Shown here in pieces: positions 13,401 to 25,900 of a stretch of DNA of 64,000 nt. The stretch is taken from the NCBI GenBank assembly GCA_013265495.1, contig MU058781.1:3411050-3475049 (forward strand), written 5' to 3'. The DNA is from Vicugna vicugna. Taxonomy: Eukaryota. Below the pieces are notes generated by a model. It worked only from the letters and a program-made list of their open reading frames with translations, had not been told where the DNA came from and searched no databases. The position numbers were made by a program, and so were the translations under genes. Within the stretch, counting starts at the first letter, position 1. Each line of letters starts with the position of its first letter.

Positions 13401-16400
13401 GCCCCTGATTTCCTGCAAGAGAGTCGAAGGTGCTTGAGAATGGGTAATCCCATGCCCAGGGATGAGCCGCAGTGTGTACCAGGCATCAGCCTATGGCCAT
13501 GTGGTGGAGATAAAGTGATGGTTATAAAGGTCCTTTGAAAAGGGGCCAACTGTTGTAATGACCGAGTCATTGTAGATGTCTTGGCATTCGTTTCTTGATG
13601 AATTATTAAAAATAAAATGCCTCTCCCTCACCAGTAATGAACATGGAAGGTAAAACAGTCTCTTAATTTTCAAAGTCTAGGGATTTCTCAGAAGCATGTG
13701 ACTGTTTAAATGGTAGGAAATTGTGGATGGGGACCTGAGGGGTGCCATTGTGTTCTCAATTTATGTGTCTCCTACTTGGTTTAGTAGATTCAAAAAAGAG
13801 AGTTGAATTTGCCAGAAAGAAATTAAATGTTATTCTTGATGGAGACAGGACCAAGGGGAGAGAATATAGCTTTTCACTTCCCCGACAAATCATAGGACAG
13901 AGTGAAGGAGTCTGAAATGTGTGCTTTTTACCAATTTAGGACTGCCGTCTTACTCTCAAGCTTTCTGAATCCTGTTTTTGTGTGTCTTTTGTAAATAGCA
14001 GGCCTCCTGTTTTAGATAAACTTCTGTTCTTCCTGACTTACTCATTTTTTTTCTCATGAAGGTAGATATTCAGGCACTTCCATCCTCTGGAGAATGGGGA
14101 GAAAGGACAAAACAAAGTTCACATCCTCACAAACTTAGCTTTCAGTGGAGGAGACAGATCGTACACCAGTGAATGTGTTATATGCTGGGTATATACGTGT
14201 ATACACTGCAGAAGATACAAACGGGAGTGGGAGCGGGTGATGGTGATGCCGTTCTGCCCTCAAGGAACTACATCATTAACGTGGCCACAGTAAACCCCCG
14301 GCATCTCTTCTTACTGATGACATGCCATCACCCAAGGCTGGATTATCCAGCTTGGTGGTCATCCTCTCCTCTCTCTCATATCCTGTTCTCTCTGCACACC
14401 TCCTCACCCCAGCCACGTGCTACTCACACAGACACTGTTGTACCACCCAGGTCTAGATTTCAAACCTGTCTCTGTCCCATCAGAGCCTCCAACCTGGGGG
14501 CTCTTCCCAGCAAAACTCACAGCAAAAGAGGAATTGAGTTCTGTGAGCATCTGTTGTCCTTGCTTTTCATTATCCAGGTAATTATTTTATTTGGTGTTTT
14601 TCTTTTGAATTTGGGGTGCAAACTGCACTTTATAGTCAGCATGTCCACAGACAAGGAAATAGTGACACCGGGGGTCCTCTGGGAGAGGGCAGCGTGCTTC
14701 ATGGAGCGAGCACAGGCCCTGGAGCAGGAAAACCCAAGTCCATATCCCTGCTGTGGTCACAGCCTAGCGGCCACTTATTTCCTCAGAAACGCGATGTCCT
14801 CGTCCATAACATCAAGATAATAACGGTACCCTACCTAACTTTGCAAGTTTTCGTGAAGGTTAAATGAGATCATGAACATGTACGAAGCACTGCGATAGGA
14901 CCTGCAAAGGCCCACTTGTGTTAGCTGTTGTCGCTTTTTTGAAGGATGCTCTTCCCCTCTGCCCTGATCCGTGGAGCCCCTGGTATATTTTGTTAATGGA
15001 GTGGAAACACTCCAACGTGGTGCAGCGGGCCAGCGGGCCAGTGAGTGTCATGGAATGCTCTCAGCTCTTTGCATGTTCATCCCTATTATGTTTCTCAGGA
15101 AGATTATACCCTTTGAAGCTACCTGGACAGGGAACAGAATCTCATCTTTTCCCCACCCTGGAGAATAATGTAGGTTCTTTGGTGTTAATTTAACTTCATG
15201 GTAGAACGCCATATAAGAAGAAACCTTCTGGATCTCATTTAGCCCAGATACCTCCCCTTACAAAGCAGCTTAACCCTGGACAGTCCTCACTGGAGCACCT
15301 GACAGCCTGTGGATGTAGAGCTGGAAAATGCAGTGACCTTAAGCTCTCTCTGTTACACCTTCCGTGCTCACACCGTCCTGGGATGGGCGGCACGTGGCAT
15401 TCTTCCTTAGACAGATCTCTCTGTGCTTATCTCTTTAAATTATCTTCTTAGGAAGAACTCTCTTTCACTATTTCCACAACTTTCACTCTCCTTCCATAGG
15501 ATACTTTCCCTGCACAGCAAGACATCTAAGGGTCAGGGGTGACTGTTTATTGAATTAAATGATAGAAAATGTATTGATTCCTAGAGACTTGAAATATTTG
15601 ATTGACTTTTCCGTCAGTTCCAAAAACATGTACAAAAATGGGGCTGGGATATGAAGACAATTGATCATCAGCCTCTGTCTTTGAAAGGCTGACAGTCACT
15701 GAGGGCAGGAGAGAAGTGCTTCGATGTGTCATTACAGCGTTATGTGACATGCTGTTACAGAGGTGGGCACAGACTGTGGGAGCCCAGAGAAGGGACTGAT
15801 TTCCACTGGAAAATTAGAAAAGGCTGCTCAGACGAAATGGCACTGGCGCTCTCCCTGAGGATGGATGGGATGCTCCAAACTCGGAGGGAGCAGTTCTGAG
15901 GCGGAGTGATGGCAGGAGCAGGGGGAGGAGGCAGGAAAGCTCCCGGGTACTTGGGAAGTGGGGAGTGGCCTGCCGCGCAGGAACACCGGGTGCACGGTGA
16001 GGAAAGGAACAAGTGAGATTGGAAGGAATTAGGGGGCCAGATTCTGAGGTGCTTCCCCCCCAGTCCATTCCAAAGAGGGTGAGGTTTATCCAGCTGACAG
16101 TGAGACCCTTCAGAGGTCTTTTAGTTGGGAGAGTTACATGATCGGATCTGTTTCACAGCAGGAGGGAGTGAGCCGGGTGATGATGAGGAGAGAAAGCTGT
16201 GGAAAGAGAGTTAAGGTTGGAAGTCTCTGCAGGGCTCTGCTTCTGCCCAAGCCGTGCTAGAGTGACAGCGGCGTGAGATCAGTCCCCTCGGCCCTACTGC
16301 CGCAGTTCAGTGACGCCTGCACCCCCTTGCTGTGACCACGGCCACGTGCCTCATTTTTCTTCTCCAAGATGGGGGGATAACGGCAATACTTACCTAATAG

Positions 16401-17104
16401 GGTGGTTGAGAGGCTGAAATGAATCCACCCCCAGCACTGTGTGAGCATTTAAAGTGTTAGCTTTCATCACCGCTATGTGCAGTGGTCCAGGAGGAGTTAG
16501 GGAGGCCCCATCTAGGAGGTTAGAATGAGGGGCTCCATGTTGACCAGCTGTTTTAGTTCCTAGTCACCCACAGGGAAGAGGAACAATGAGCACAACCCCG
16601 GTGCAATGAGACCCGTTTGGATTCCAAGCAGACTAAATCCTTAATCCCCGAAGAGTGTTGACGCGAGCGGTCTAGAATAGATCTGATTACGTGAGTCAGC
16701 TTTTCCTCAGGGACTTTGGCAGGTACTCTGGAAGATGTGGTGACTCTTTCAGGGCACTTGTGGCTTGTCATTTCATAAATCACTAATCTGGGCAACGTAA
16801 TGAAAAAGCTGCTTCCCTCGAATCAGTTTGGAGCGCTTGCCTTAATCGGGTAGTGACTCAGAACTAGAGCAGGGGCGCAAATAACGTACTCAGTGGACCT
16901 GTAAATAGCAGATTGTGGGCACGGCCCCCAGAGAGCCAGCCTGAGACGGCACGTCAGAGTTCCAGAGATGGGGTCTGGGCAGTCCATCATTCAGGGAATA
17001 CTGCAAATTCCTGACAATTAGTGCTCAACTTGCATTAGAGGAGACTCACGTGGTACAGATCTGAGAATGCAGCAAGTAGCGAAGCCGTTGTGGATACTCT
17101 AGGC

Positions 17105-17319
17105 CAGTGGTTCCCAAATGGGCAGTTTTGCCCCCCAGAGGACATTTGGCAATAACTGGTGATATTTGGGGTTGTCACACCTGGAGGAGATGAATCACGA
17201 GCAGCTAGTGAGTAGGGACCAGAGATGCTGCTAAGACATCCTACAACACACAGGACAGCCCTCACCACAAAGAACTGTCTAGCCCAGACTGTCAGCCACG
17301 CCGAGCCTGAGAGACTCTG
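17105..17319. mobile_element. MER20 (hAT-Charlie)
   Basis: cagtggttcccaaatgggcagttttgcccccc...gacatttggcaa...gatgctgctaagacatcctacaacacacaggacagccc. Degenerate 8-bp TSD ctctaggc / gcttaggc. Confidence 0.85.
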
Positions 17320-17629
17320 GCTTAGGCCAACACTGAACCAAAATAAGATAACTACGTCATCAGTGGAACACAAAGTGAGTTTAAGACAAGTGTTTTGAAA
17401 GTTTAATAGACGCGTATTTATTTTAACGTAAGTTGTAAACACATAACGTGAAACCAGTGATTACAAAGATATTATTGCTTAAGATGAGGCTGAATTAGTA
17501 TTTAAGTTTTTTTATGTGTTGACTTTAAAATGTAAGGTAAATGATAGTATAAATGGACTTCAAAATACGGCTCACACAAAAAAGCTAACAAGTGTGGGAT
17601 GACGGAGGTTAGAAAACGTTGGTTTGGAC

Positions 17630-17748
17630 CAGCGGTCAAAAAACTTTCTGTAAAGAACTGGGTAGTAAATATCTGAGGCTCTGTTGGAACTTCTCAGTGC
17701 TGCCATCTTGGTGTAGAAGTCACCATGACAGTAAGTAAACAGATGGGT
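17630..17748. mobile_element. MER58A-like fragment
   Basis: aaactttctgtaaag...gtagtaaatat...aacttctcagtgctgccat...gtaagtaaacagatggg. Confidence 0.6.
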
Positions 17749-20700
17749 CCCTTCCCCATCCTGACCATTCTAAACCCAGTCTAGGATGCATCCTTTCAAG
17801 TCACTGCCCCAGTTGAGGCCCGACTCTGGCAGGAGAGGACCCTATTGCTCACCCTGGTTAGTAAGATTTTAAATATTTATAAAGTAATGGTGCCTGTTTT
17901 GTGCCTGTGTTGACAGTGCCTGGTGTTTCCTTCGTGTTGCAGGTGTAGGGTTAGTGGGGTTTGTGTGTAACTGAAATGAGCAGTCTTACAAGTATCACGA
18001 TTTGATTTTGGGGCACAGCATATTGACACAGAGTGAGTCCAAATTCCGACTCCTGCTTTTACTGCCTGTGCCCTCCTGGACCTATTAATTACCCTCTCAG
18101 AGGCTCCATTTCCTGCCTAATAAAGTGAGGATAATGACACCTCTCCTGCAGGGTGGTTATAATGATGATATGAGATACTGGATGTGGAAGTTTCCAGAAC
18201 AGTGGGCGACATTCAGTAAATGTTCCCCTTTATTCACTCCCGCCTTTCCTTCTCTACCTCGGTTCTTGCGTATATTTGATCCTATCCATGAAGCCATTAA
18301 TAAAAGTGCCAATCAGGGCAGGGACACCTGTACTCTGCAGCACACCACCGGATGCCTCCCTGAAAATTAAAGAATGATCTCTTCATTAATACTCTTCGAA
18401 TATGACTTGTCAACCACTCACAAATGCATCTAAAGTGTCCGTGATTCCAGCCCATCTTTCTTTCATTCAGCAAGAACAATAAACAATGAGTGTCCACTTA
18501 GTGTCGGCCAGGGTGCCCAGCACCTGCTGCAGACCTGAAGAAGACAGGGTCCCTGCCCCTCGAGGCACCTACACTTGGTTGGGGAGGGGAAGCTAGTAAG
18601 CAAATAGGTATTCCCAGTTTTCACGTTTGTGAAATCTCCCAAGAACATAGGCAAAGTGTTGTCTGAGATGAGAACTAAAATTTAAATAGAAATGAACAAG
18701 GTGAAGTGGGGGGTGGGAGCACACTCCAGGGCAAGAGCGCACAGTGCGATGTTGCATGTGTCCGAGGGGTGAGTTGTGTGGGGATGGAGGTGGGGCAGGG
18801 GGATGAGGCTGGGTGAATAGCACGGGTCACATTGTACAAGGCGTCGCTCGTCAGGCTGTGTGTGAACTACCGCTCCCAGGCTAATGATTTTCACTCTTCT
18901 TTTGTAGTGAGACCTTTTATGTAGAGCAGGGCTTCTGAGTGGCAATTCCGTTACAGAAAACCGATCGGGCTGGGTGTTCCCCTTCCTGCCCGTAGCCACC
19001 AGTGGTGGGGAGGAGAGGCCAGATTCAGTCAGGGGCTACATTTCAGCTGATTTCGTTCTTTGCTGTGAATAGTGTAGCTGGTAATGTGGATTTTCTGGGT
19101 TATCCACGTGTCTCACTCTTGGAGCGCTGAGTTCATAGACTAGGCAGACTTTCCGAGTTCTAACGGGTGAAATGGTTCTGTCTGAGTTTCTGAACGTTGT
19201 TCTGATGACAGTCTGGAAAACAGATTGACATGGAGAGTACGTGGAAACCATTTGGAAGGGAAGGCCCTTTGTTTAAATTACAAGTGAGGGGCTCCCTTGA
19301 GGCTGTGCCAGTGGGACACTTCATCTGCACCAGCCCTCGTGAAAAAAATACAACTTAACCCAATTTTGCCCAAGGAAAGTGAGGCTCGGAGAAGTTAATA
19401 ATCTGCCCAGTGTCAGGAGGTAGTAAATGACAAAACTCAGACTTGGATCTGTGTCTTGCCTCCTCAAACTGAGGCCCCATCCGAACCTTGCCAGCCCCCT
19501 TCTCGGCTAACTCTTCTGCGCTCCTGTGTCTTTTCTTGCTGTCCAGTGCTCCTCTGGAGTTACCAGGCGTGTGGGCTAGCTGGGTATTTGTCTTCTTCCC
19601 TCTCAGCAATTTTTCCTAAGCCATAGTCGGCAGTCAGTGGATATTGATTAATAGAATATTTTAAAACCCTTTTGGTGAGTTTGGTGAGTTTTCACCTAGC
19701 TTGCTGGAAAATACCTTCTTTGTCCTTCTGGAAACTAGATATTCTGTCACGTGCTCGATTCACACTCAGGAAGATGAATGGGTTGGCCAGGTGAGGTCTC
19801 TGGCAGTCGCTGGTCACTATGACTGGTCACCATGGTAGCACTCTATGTAGGACCTGCCCAAGGGGCCTCATAATCCCCTTCTACTCAAGGCCTCACACTT
19901 CCTGTGTATCTTGGAGGGAGGAGAAACCACAGTCTCCTCTTCATCACAGACTACCTGTGAAGCTGAGTTTCTTATCTTCCTTTGCATAATATTTCTCTCT
20001 CCATCCTCTTGAGGCAGCTTGGAGCCTTCTACCTTAAGGAATGCTTACGCTTTCTGGTTTCCAACTTTTATTTCCTCAAAAGATTCTTCCCACCAGATAA
20101 GGATATCTCTTGGCTTCTTTTCATCCCCGCTCCTGTCATGTCCCCACTTCTGTGCGTTTGCAGGAGACATACATGGGGTGGGGAAAAGGCAGGGATGGGG
20201 CAAAATATGAGCCATGGAATTATATTTTTGCCTCTTTCATCCGTAATTCCCTTAACACCCAATGTAGAAATCCAAGCAGGGTTGGAACCCAGGGAGTATC
20301 ATCGTCTGATGGAAGGGCCGTCTCGTGAGGTGGGTCAGTAATTCCCCTATCAGTCACCTCTCAGTCAGCTATTATATTTGTCACCCGGAGACCATCTGTT
20401 ATGTGTTCCATCTAGCTTCTCTCACTGCCATTGTATTAAATTTAAGTAGAAAATGGACTCCTTAACCTGCTAATATCTAATGAAGATGCTGCATTTTTGT
20501 AAATATGTGATTTAATCTTAATGGTTGAAGGTTGGGTTTTTTTTTAAAGTTAATTTAATTCATTGCCTTGAACATCATAGCTCATAAACATGTTGACTAG
20601 ATTTTCCATTTGTGTCCCTAAAGAGTTACATGAAAAATACAAAGAGAAAAACAGCCCTTTGGAAACAATAGGAGGAGGAAAATTAATTGAATTTAAATTA

Positions 20701-21599
20701 GACCTAGCAATCAGTTAAAACATAATTGAAAGTTTTAAAGGAGACCTGGCATGCATTCACATGTCGTGAGTAAGATTTTTCTTTTGGATAAGAAGTTGTT
20801 GCCGTAGAGGATAACCTTCTGCTTCATTTCCTTATGCATGCCAAACACTTTTGGTTGGTAAAATGCATTCAGTTTCCTATGTTTAGAAATTCCTTAAATG
20901 AAAGACGTAAATTCCACTACCAGTTAATCTGAAAAAGAATTATAAAATTTAGCTATGTTTCTGGCTCCGTTGTTCTTGCTGGACTTCATTCAGAGCTGGT
21001 CATAAAAAGGATTCTAAATTGCTGTAGGAACCTAGGATAGACTCTATTAAGAAAATAACTATTTTCTTTATGTTTGATGACACACGTTTCCTGATTTTCT
21101 TACATTGAACTTGTATGACTTTTATTGCGAACCAGATCATTTTTAATTAAAAATATATATTTCATCTGAGTTGGCTCAACCAAAGGATTAAAACCAAGAA
21201 TATTATCATCGTTGCTCCTTGGAACATTGACCTGCTGACAAACCAGACGGGCACCACCTGTGTCTCCTGAGGGTCTGGCTTTGTCCTTGGGAGAGAACTT
21301 TGTCTGAATCGACCCTGACCATGTCCACCCTGATGTCATGCTTGGTGGTCCAGCCTGGTGGTTCCACCTCTTCTCTTTCTCTGCATCTCCATCTGTGACG
21401 TTTCAGTCTCTCCCACACTCAGCCCTGACCACTCATGCTGTAGAGCTCTGCAGGCTGGACCCTCTTGCAGCATCTCTTTCCTGAATCTCCAGCTTCATCA
21501 TCAAATTAATCCTTTTACTCTTCCTGTGAAACATGTGGGTTGCATAGGAACCTTCCTTCAACCACTGGAGTTATCACTCTTAATCAGAAATTTAAAATT

Positions 21600-21740
21600 T
21601 TATTTAAAAAAATTTTTTAATTGTGGTAAATAAACAGCACATAAAATTTACCATCTTCTGCATTCTGCAGTACACAGTTCGGTGGCATTTAAGTACAGTT
21701 TCATAATTGTGCTACCATCACCACCATCCATCCACAGGGA
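21600..21740 (-). mobile_element. Old L1M 3'-end fragment
   Basis: ttttaattgtggtaaa...cataaaatttaccatc...cagttcggtggcatttaagtaca...accatcaccaccatcca, typical of an antisense L1M 3' terminus. Confidence 0.7.
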
Positions 21741-21746
21741 ATTAGA

Positions 21747-21804
21747 ATCCTTGTTCCCTGTTCCGTGCTGCTCCCATCCTTATTCCCTGTTCCGTGCTGC
21801 TCCC
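21747..21804. repeat. 29-bp tandem duplication
   Basis: atccttgttccctgttccgtgctgctccc / atccttattccctgttccgtgctgctccc (1 mismatch). Confidence 0.95.
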
Positions 21805-21948
21805 TCCATCAGGGTAACTGCCATCCTAACACATTTGGCTGTAAGATGAGAAGTGAGGCTTGAATTGCCCAGTAGACCTTTTGTCTCTTAGGACGGGACA
21901 GCTAAGTTTTAAAAAGGTCGTGTTGCATTGACATGACGCCTTAGCTAG

Positions 21949-22344
<396 letters not shown>

Positions 22345-23269
22345 TAAAATGAAAGAGTGACTATTCTCTAAACAGCCTCAGAGCTCCAAAAATGCAACAC
22401 CATGCTACCGTCTCCTGCCTCTTCAGATGTGTGTCTCTTTGATTGCTTCCCTTGGGATGCAACACCCCCATCAATTAAAAAAAAAAAAGGCTGGGGGCAC
22501 CTTAAAATTCAATTTGAGTCTACAGAATGCTCCATAGTGCTGCTAAGCATTGTATATGGAACAAATTCATTTTTACGCCTACCTCAACCACTTTAGAAGG
22601 CCTGAATTTAAATTTCTTCTTTAAGGCCTTGAAATGTGCTAAGAGACAAGAGAAAAAATGATTAAAGCCACGTTGAAAATCTATCATTCTGGCTTTGAGA
22701 AGCAAATAGATTTTAGTTAAAGTGAATATAGGCTGATATTTGGTCAACTTTTTAATACGTGAACTTACGTAATAGTAACGTTTTACCGACAACGTGCCTG
22801 ACAGTGAGCTAAGATTTTATTATCTTGTCTACACCTTACAGCACCCAGTGGCATAAACTACTGCCCCATTTTACAGGTGAGGGAAGGAAGTGGAGAGGTG
22901 AGGGACTTGCCCAGAGCCTCACACCTACTAAGTGGCAGCGCTGGGATTTGGAGCTGCCGGTGTCTCATTCCAAAGCCCAAGTTCTAAAACCAGCGGAAGG
23001 AGAAGGAAGACAAGCCCTTTCTGTATGAAATCCAAAGGAGGCCCCTGAACTTGCTGCCTCCCTGTCCCTTCCTCTTGCTTTACAGCTCCCAGACCTGGGA
23101 TAGCTAGACTTGAGCTTTGCTTAAGAGTCCAGGTGCGCCATGAAATGATTAGAACAGCATCAAGGAGGGAGCCACGGAGGGGAGCCACGTGCCCCCCGAG
23201 CTGTTACCCAGGAGCTGTTACTCAGCCTCCGCTTACCATTTCTTGCCCAGAGAATGGAACTGTTTGCAC

Positions 23270-23500
23270 CAGGATTTCTCAGCCTCGGCGCAGGCGGCAC
23301 TTTGGACCACATGCCTCTTCCTCATGGGGGCTGGCCCGTGCATTGTGGGATGTTTATTGGCATCCCTGGCCTCTACCCACTGGATGCCAGTAGTGACCCC
23401 CCTGCCAACCCCAGTTTAACAACCAAAAATGTCTCTAGACTTTGCCAAGTGTCTTTGCCTAGGGAAGTGGGAGGGGGTCGTTCCTGATTGAGAATCATGG
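23270..23500. mobile_element. MER20
   Basis: ggatttctcagcctcggc...gtgcattgtgggatgttta...catccctggcctctacccactggatgccagtag...acaaccaaaaatgtctctagac. Confidence 0.8.
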
Positions 23501-24149
23501 ATTTATTCCAGGTGTAAGGAAGCTCTGCCCTTGGTGCTCAGAACCTCTTATGTTTGAAAGATAAACAACCCCAGAATATGGCCTGTTTCAGTGACCTCAC
23601 TCCCTCTCCTGCGCTGCACTGACCCCACTTCGTCTGCCTGACTTTACTTCCCGCCACCATCCCCAGCTCCACTGTAGCTGATGTCTTTTGTCTCCCAGGA
23701 TTCCCTGGTTCATCTGTCACCTCCAGCCTTTCAGACGTGCAGATGCCTGCCAGCCTATATTCTGTTTGCCTCCATTATCCTGCAAGTGCCAGCCCCTCCT
23801 CCTCCTCTGAGAAGCCTTCCATAATTACCGAAGGCCTTTGTCCCTCCTCTGCCCGTTGCGTTCTGTTTTGCACTCCACGGACTGTCCTGCCCCCTCTTTG
23901 TGATGCTGTCCGCATGCTGGGGGGCCTGTGGAGCAGAGATCCAATCACAGGCTCCCCGTGTGCCCGTCACATGCCCAGCATGCTGCAAGGTAGAGATGAT
24001 ATGCTGATTGCAGGAAGTATATGAAAGTATCCTTTGACTGAGCTCTTGACCACTGTCTGGTGTTGGGCCATGGTGTATGTCTCCCTGCCTGTCACTTTGT
24101 GGCCCTTGGTCAGCCCCATGGGAGCCCAGGCAGGTTTGTGACAGCCTGA

Positions 24150-24332
<183 letters not shown>

Positions 24333-25689
24333 TAGGACCGCAGAACCACTGGCTCTGCAGATTTCGGTAGAAGAATTCAGTCCCCATCCTCAAATCAGAC
24401 CTGAGTGTCTCTTGAGCAGCTGCCTACAGAAAAAGTCAGTGGAAAACATTTCTTCTCCAGGGCTGCTCCTATGGTCCCCTCTTCTTCACTTACCAAAATC
24501 TTGGACATTTCACTTGATTAAAGGTTCAGGGAGAAGCTGAGAGGCAGACTTCCAGGGAGAACAACCACCTGTAGGAAAAGCACCATCATCCAGTAGAATT
24601 GAGGACACACACAGAGGCACTGTGGTTTGGTTAAGTTTTCCAAAGCAATCAAATAAATGCACTTTCTGTTAGATTGTGCAGCTAAGAGGTCAGTGGTGGG
24701 AAAAGATGCATCTTTACTGAGTTGTGACTTCTGGAGTGATTGTCTTTATGTGTGGATATTACAGGTGTCTGCAAAGCAGGATGTCATATTCAGGTTAAAC
24801 ACCTGTGTGTGTAATAGTACCCTAGGACATCTTTATATGGCGTTAGCTAGCATTTGCAGCATGCTATTTGCCAGACATTCTTCTAAATGTTGTATGTGTA
24901 TTAATTCATTTAATCTTTGAGCTTCCCTATGAAATGGACCTTTCTGTGCCCATTTCATGGAAAAGAACACCAGACAGACAGAACCTGAGTTACGTGCATA
25001 GTGTCGTACAGGATGGCTCTGGAGCGCCCCCTCTTGACCATACATTATGCCGCCGCTCTGTAATGACATTCACCCCGTGAGTCCCCACTTTGGCCCTGTG
25101 CTCGGGGTTCGGATCCAGTGTGTAGAGGTCTCCCTCTCCCCGCTTTCCTCCCGACACTCCCTCTGCCTGCCGCAGAGCCTCGTGTAAGTCACTTACTCTC
25201 TCCACCCGTGTTTCTGCCTCTGTAAGATGGGGTGGTTGGTGTAAGAATTAAACAGTGTAAGTAAAGCATTTAAAACCGTCCCTGCCCCAGAGTACACCCT
25301 CAATTATCTGCTGTTATTTCATTTTCTCCTTCCAGCAGCCCAGTCAAGTCACTTTCATTGTCAGCTTCATCAACGCACGTGAGGAAATGGGTGCATAAAG
25401 AGGTTATAGGGGCACGGACGTCATCCAGCCGTGTGCCGCAGTTCCTCGCTCCCACCTGATTTACTTTGTCACCTAAGGGCAGCTTCTCTTTCTCGTAATT
25501 CACTTGGTTTCCTCCTTCAGGCTGTTGTTTTAATGGTACCGGGCTGTGCAAAACGGTCAACACTGGTGGGTGATTTGACCTTGTGATACGTGGTCTTTCA
25601 AGTTACAGAATGAAAAATCTAACTCTCTCTCTCTCATTGAATTTGGTACCACATCCACACCTTGGACACCCGATCTCTCTTACTACCTC

Positions 25690-25900
25690 AGTGATTACTC
25701 ACCGCACTCTAGACAGCCTGTCCCATTGTTGAAGAGCCCGATTGTTAAACACCCTTCCTTCTATTGAACTGAAATCTCTGTCCATGGGTCTCCCACCCAT
25801 TGGTCTTACTCTCTTCTCTCGGCAGCTACTCAGTGCCTCAGCCCTTCTCTTAACATGCATGCTTTCAGGTACTTGGAGACAATGGTCCTTGCTCCCCAAA
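25690..25900 (-). mobile_element. CR1/L3 LINE remnant
   Basis: gacagcctgtcccattgttgaagagc...ccttccttctattgaactgaaatct. The minus-strand peptide RVFNNRALQQWDRL resembles the CR1 RT C-terminus. Confidence 0.55.

Noticed and set aside
14173..14820. 215-aa ORF
   Set aside because: No recognisable domain, and its 3' part runs into a MIR remnant. Consistent with a chance intronic ORF.
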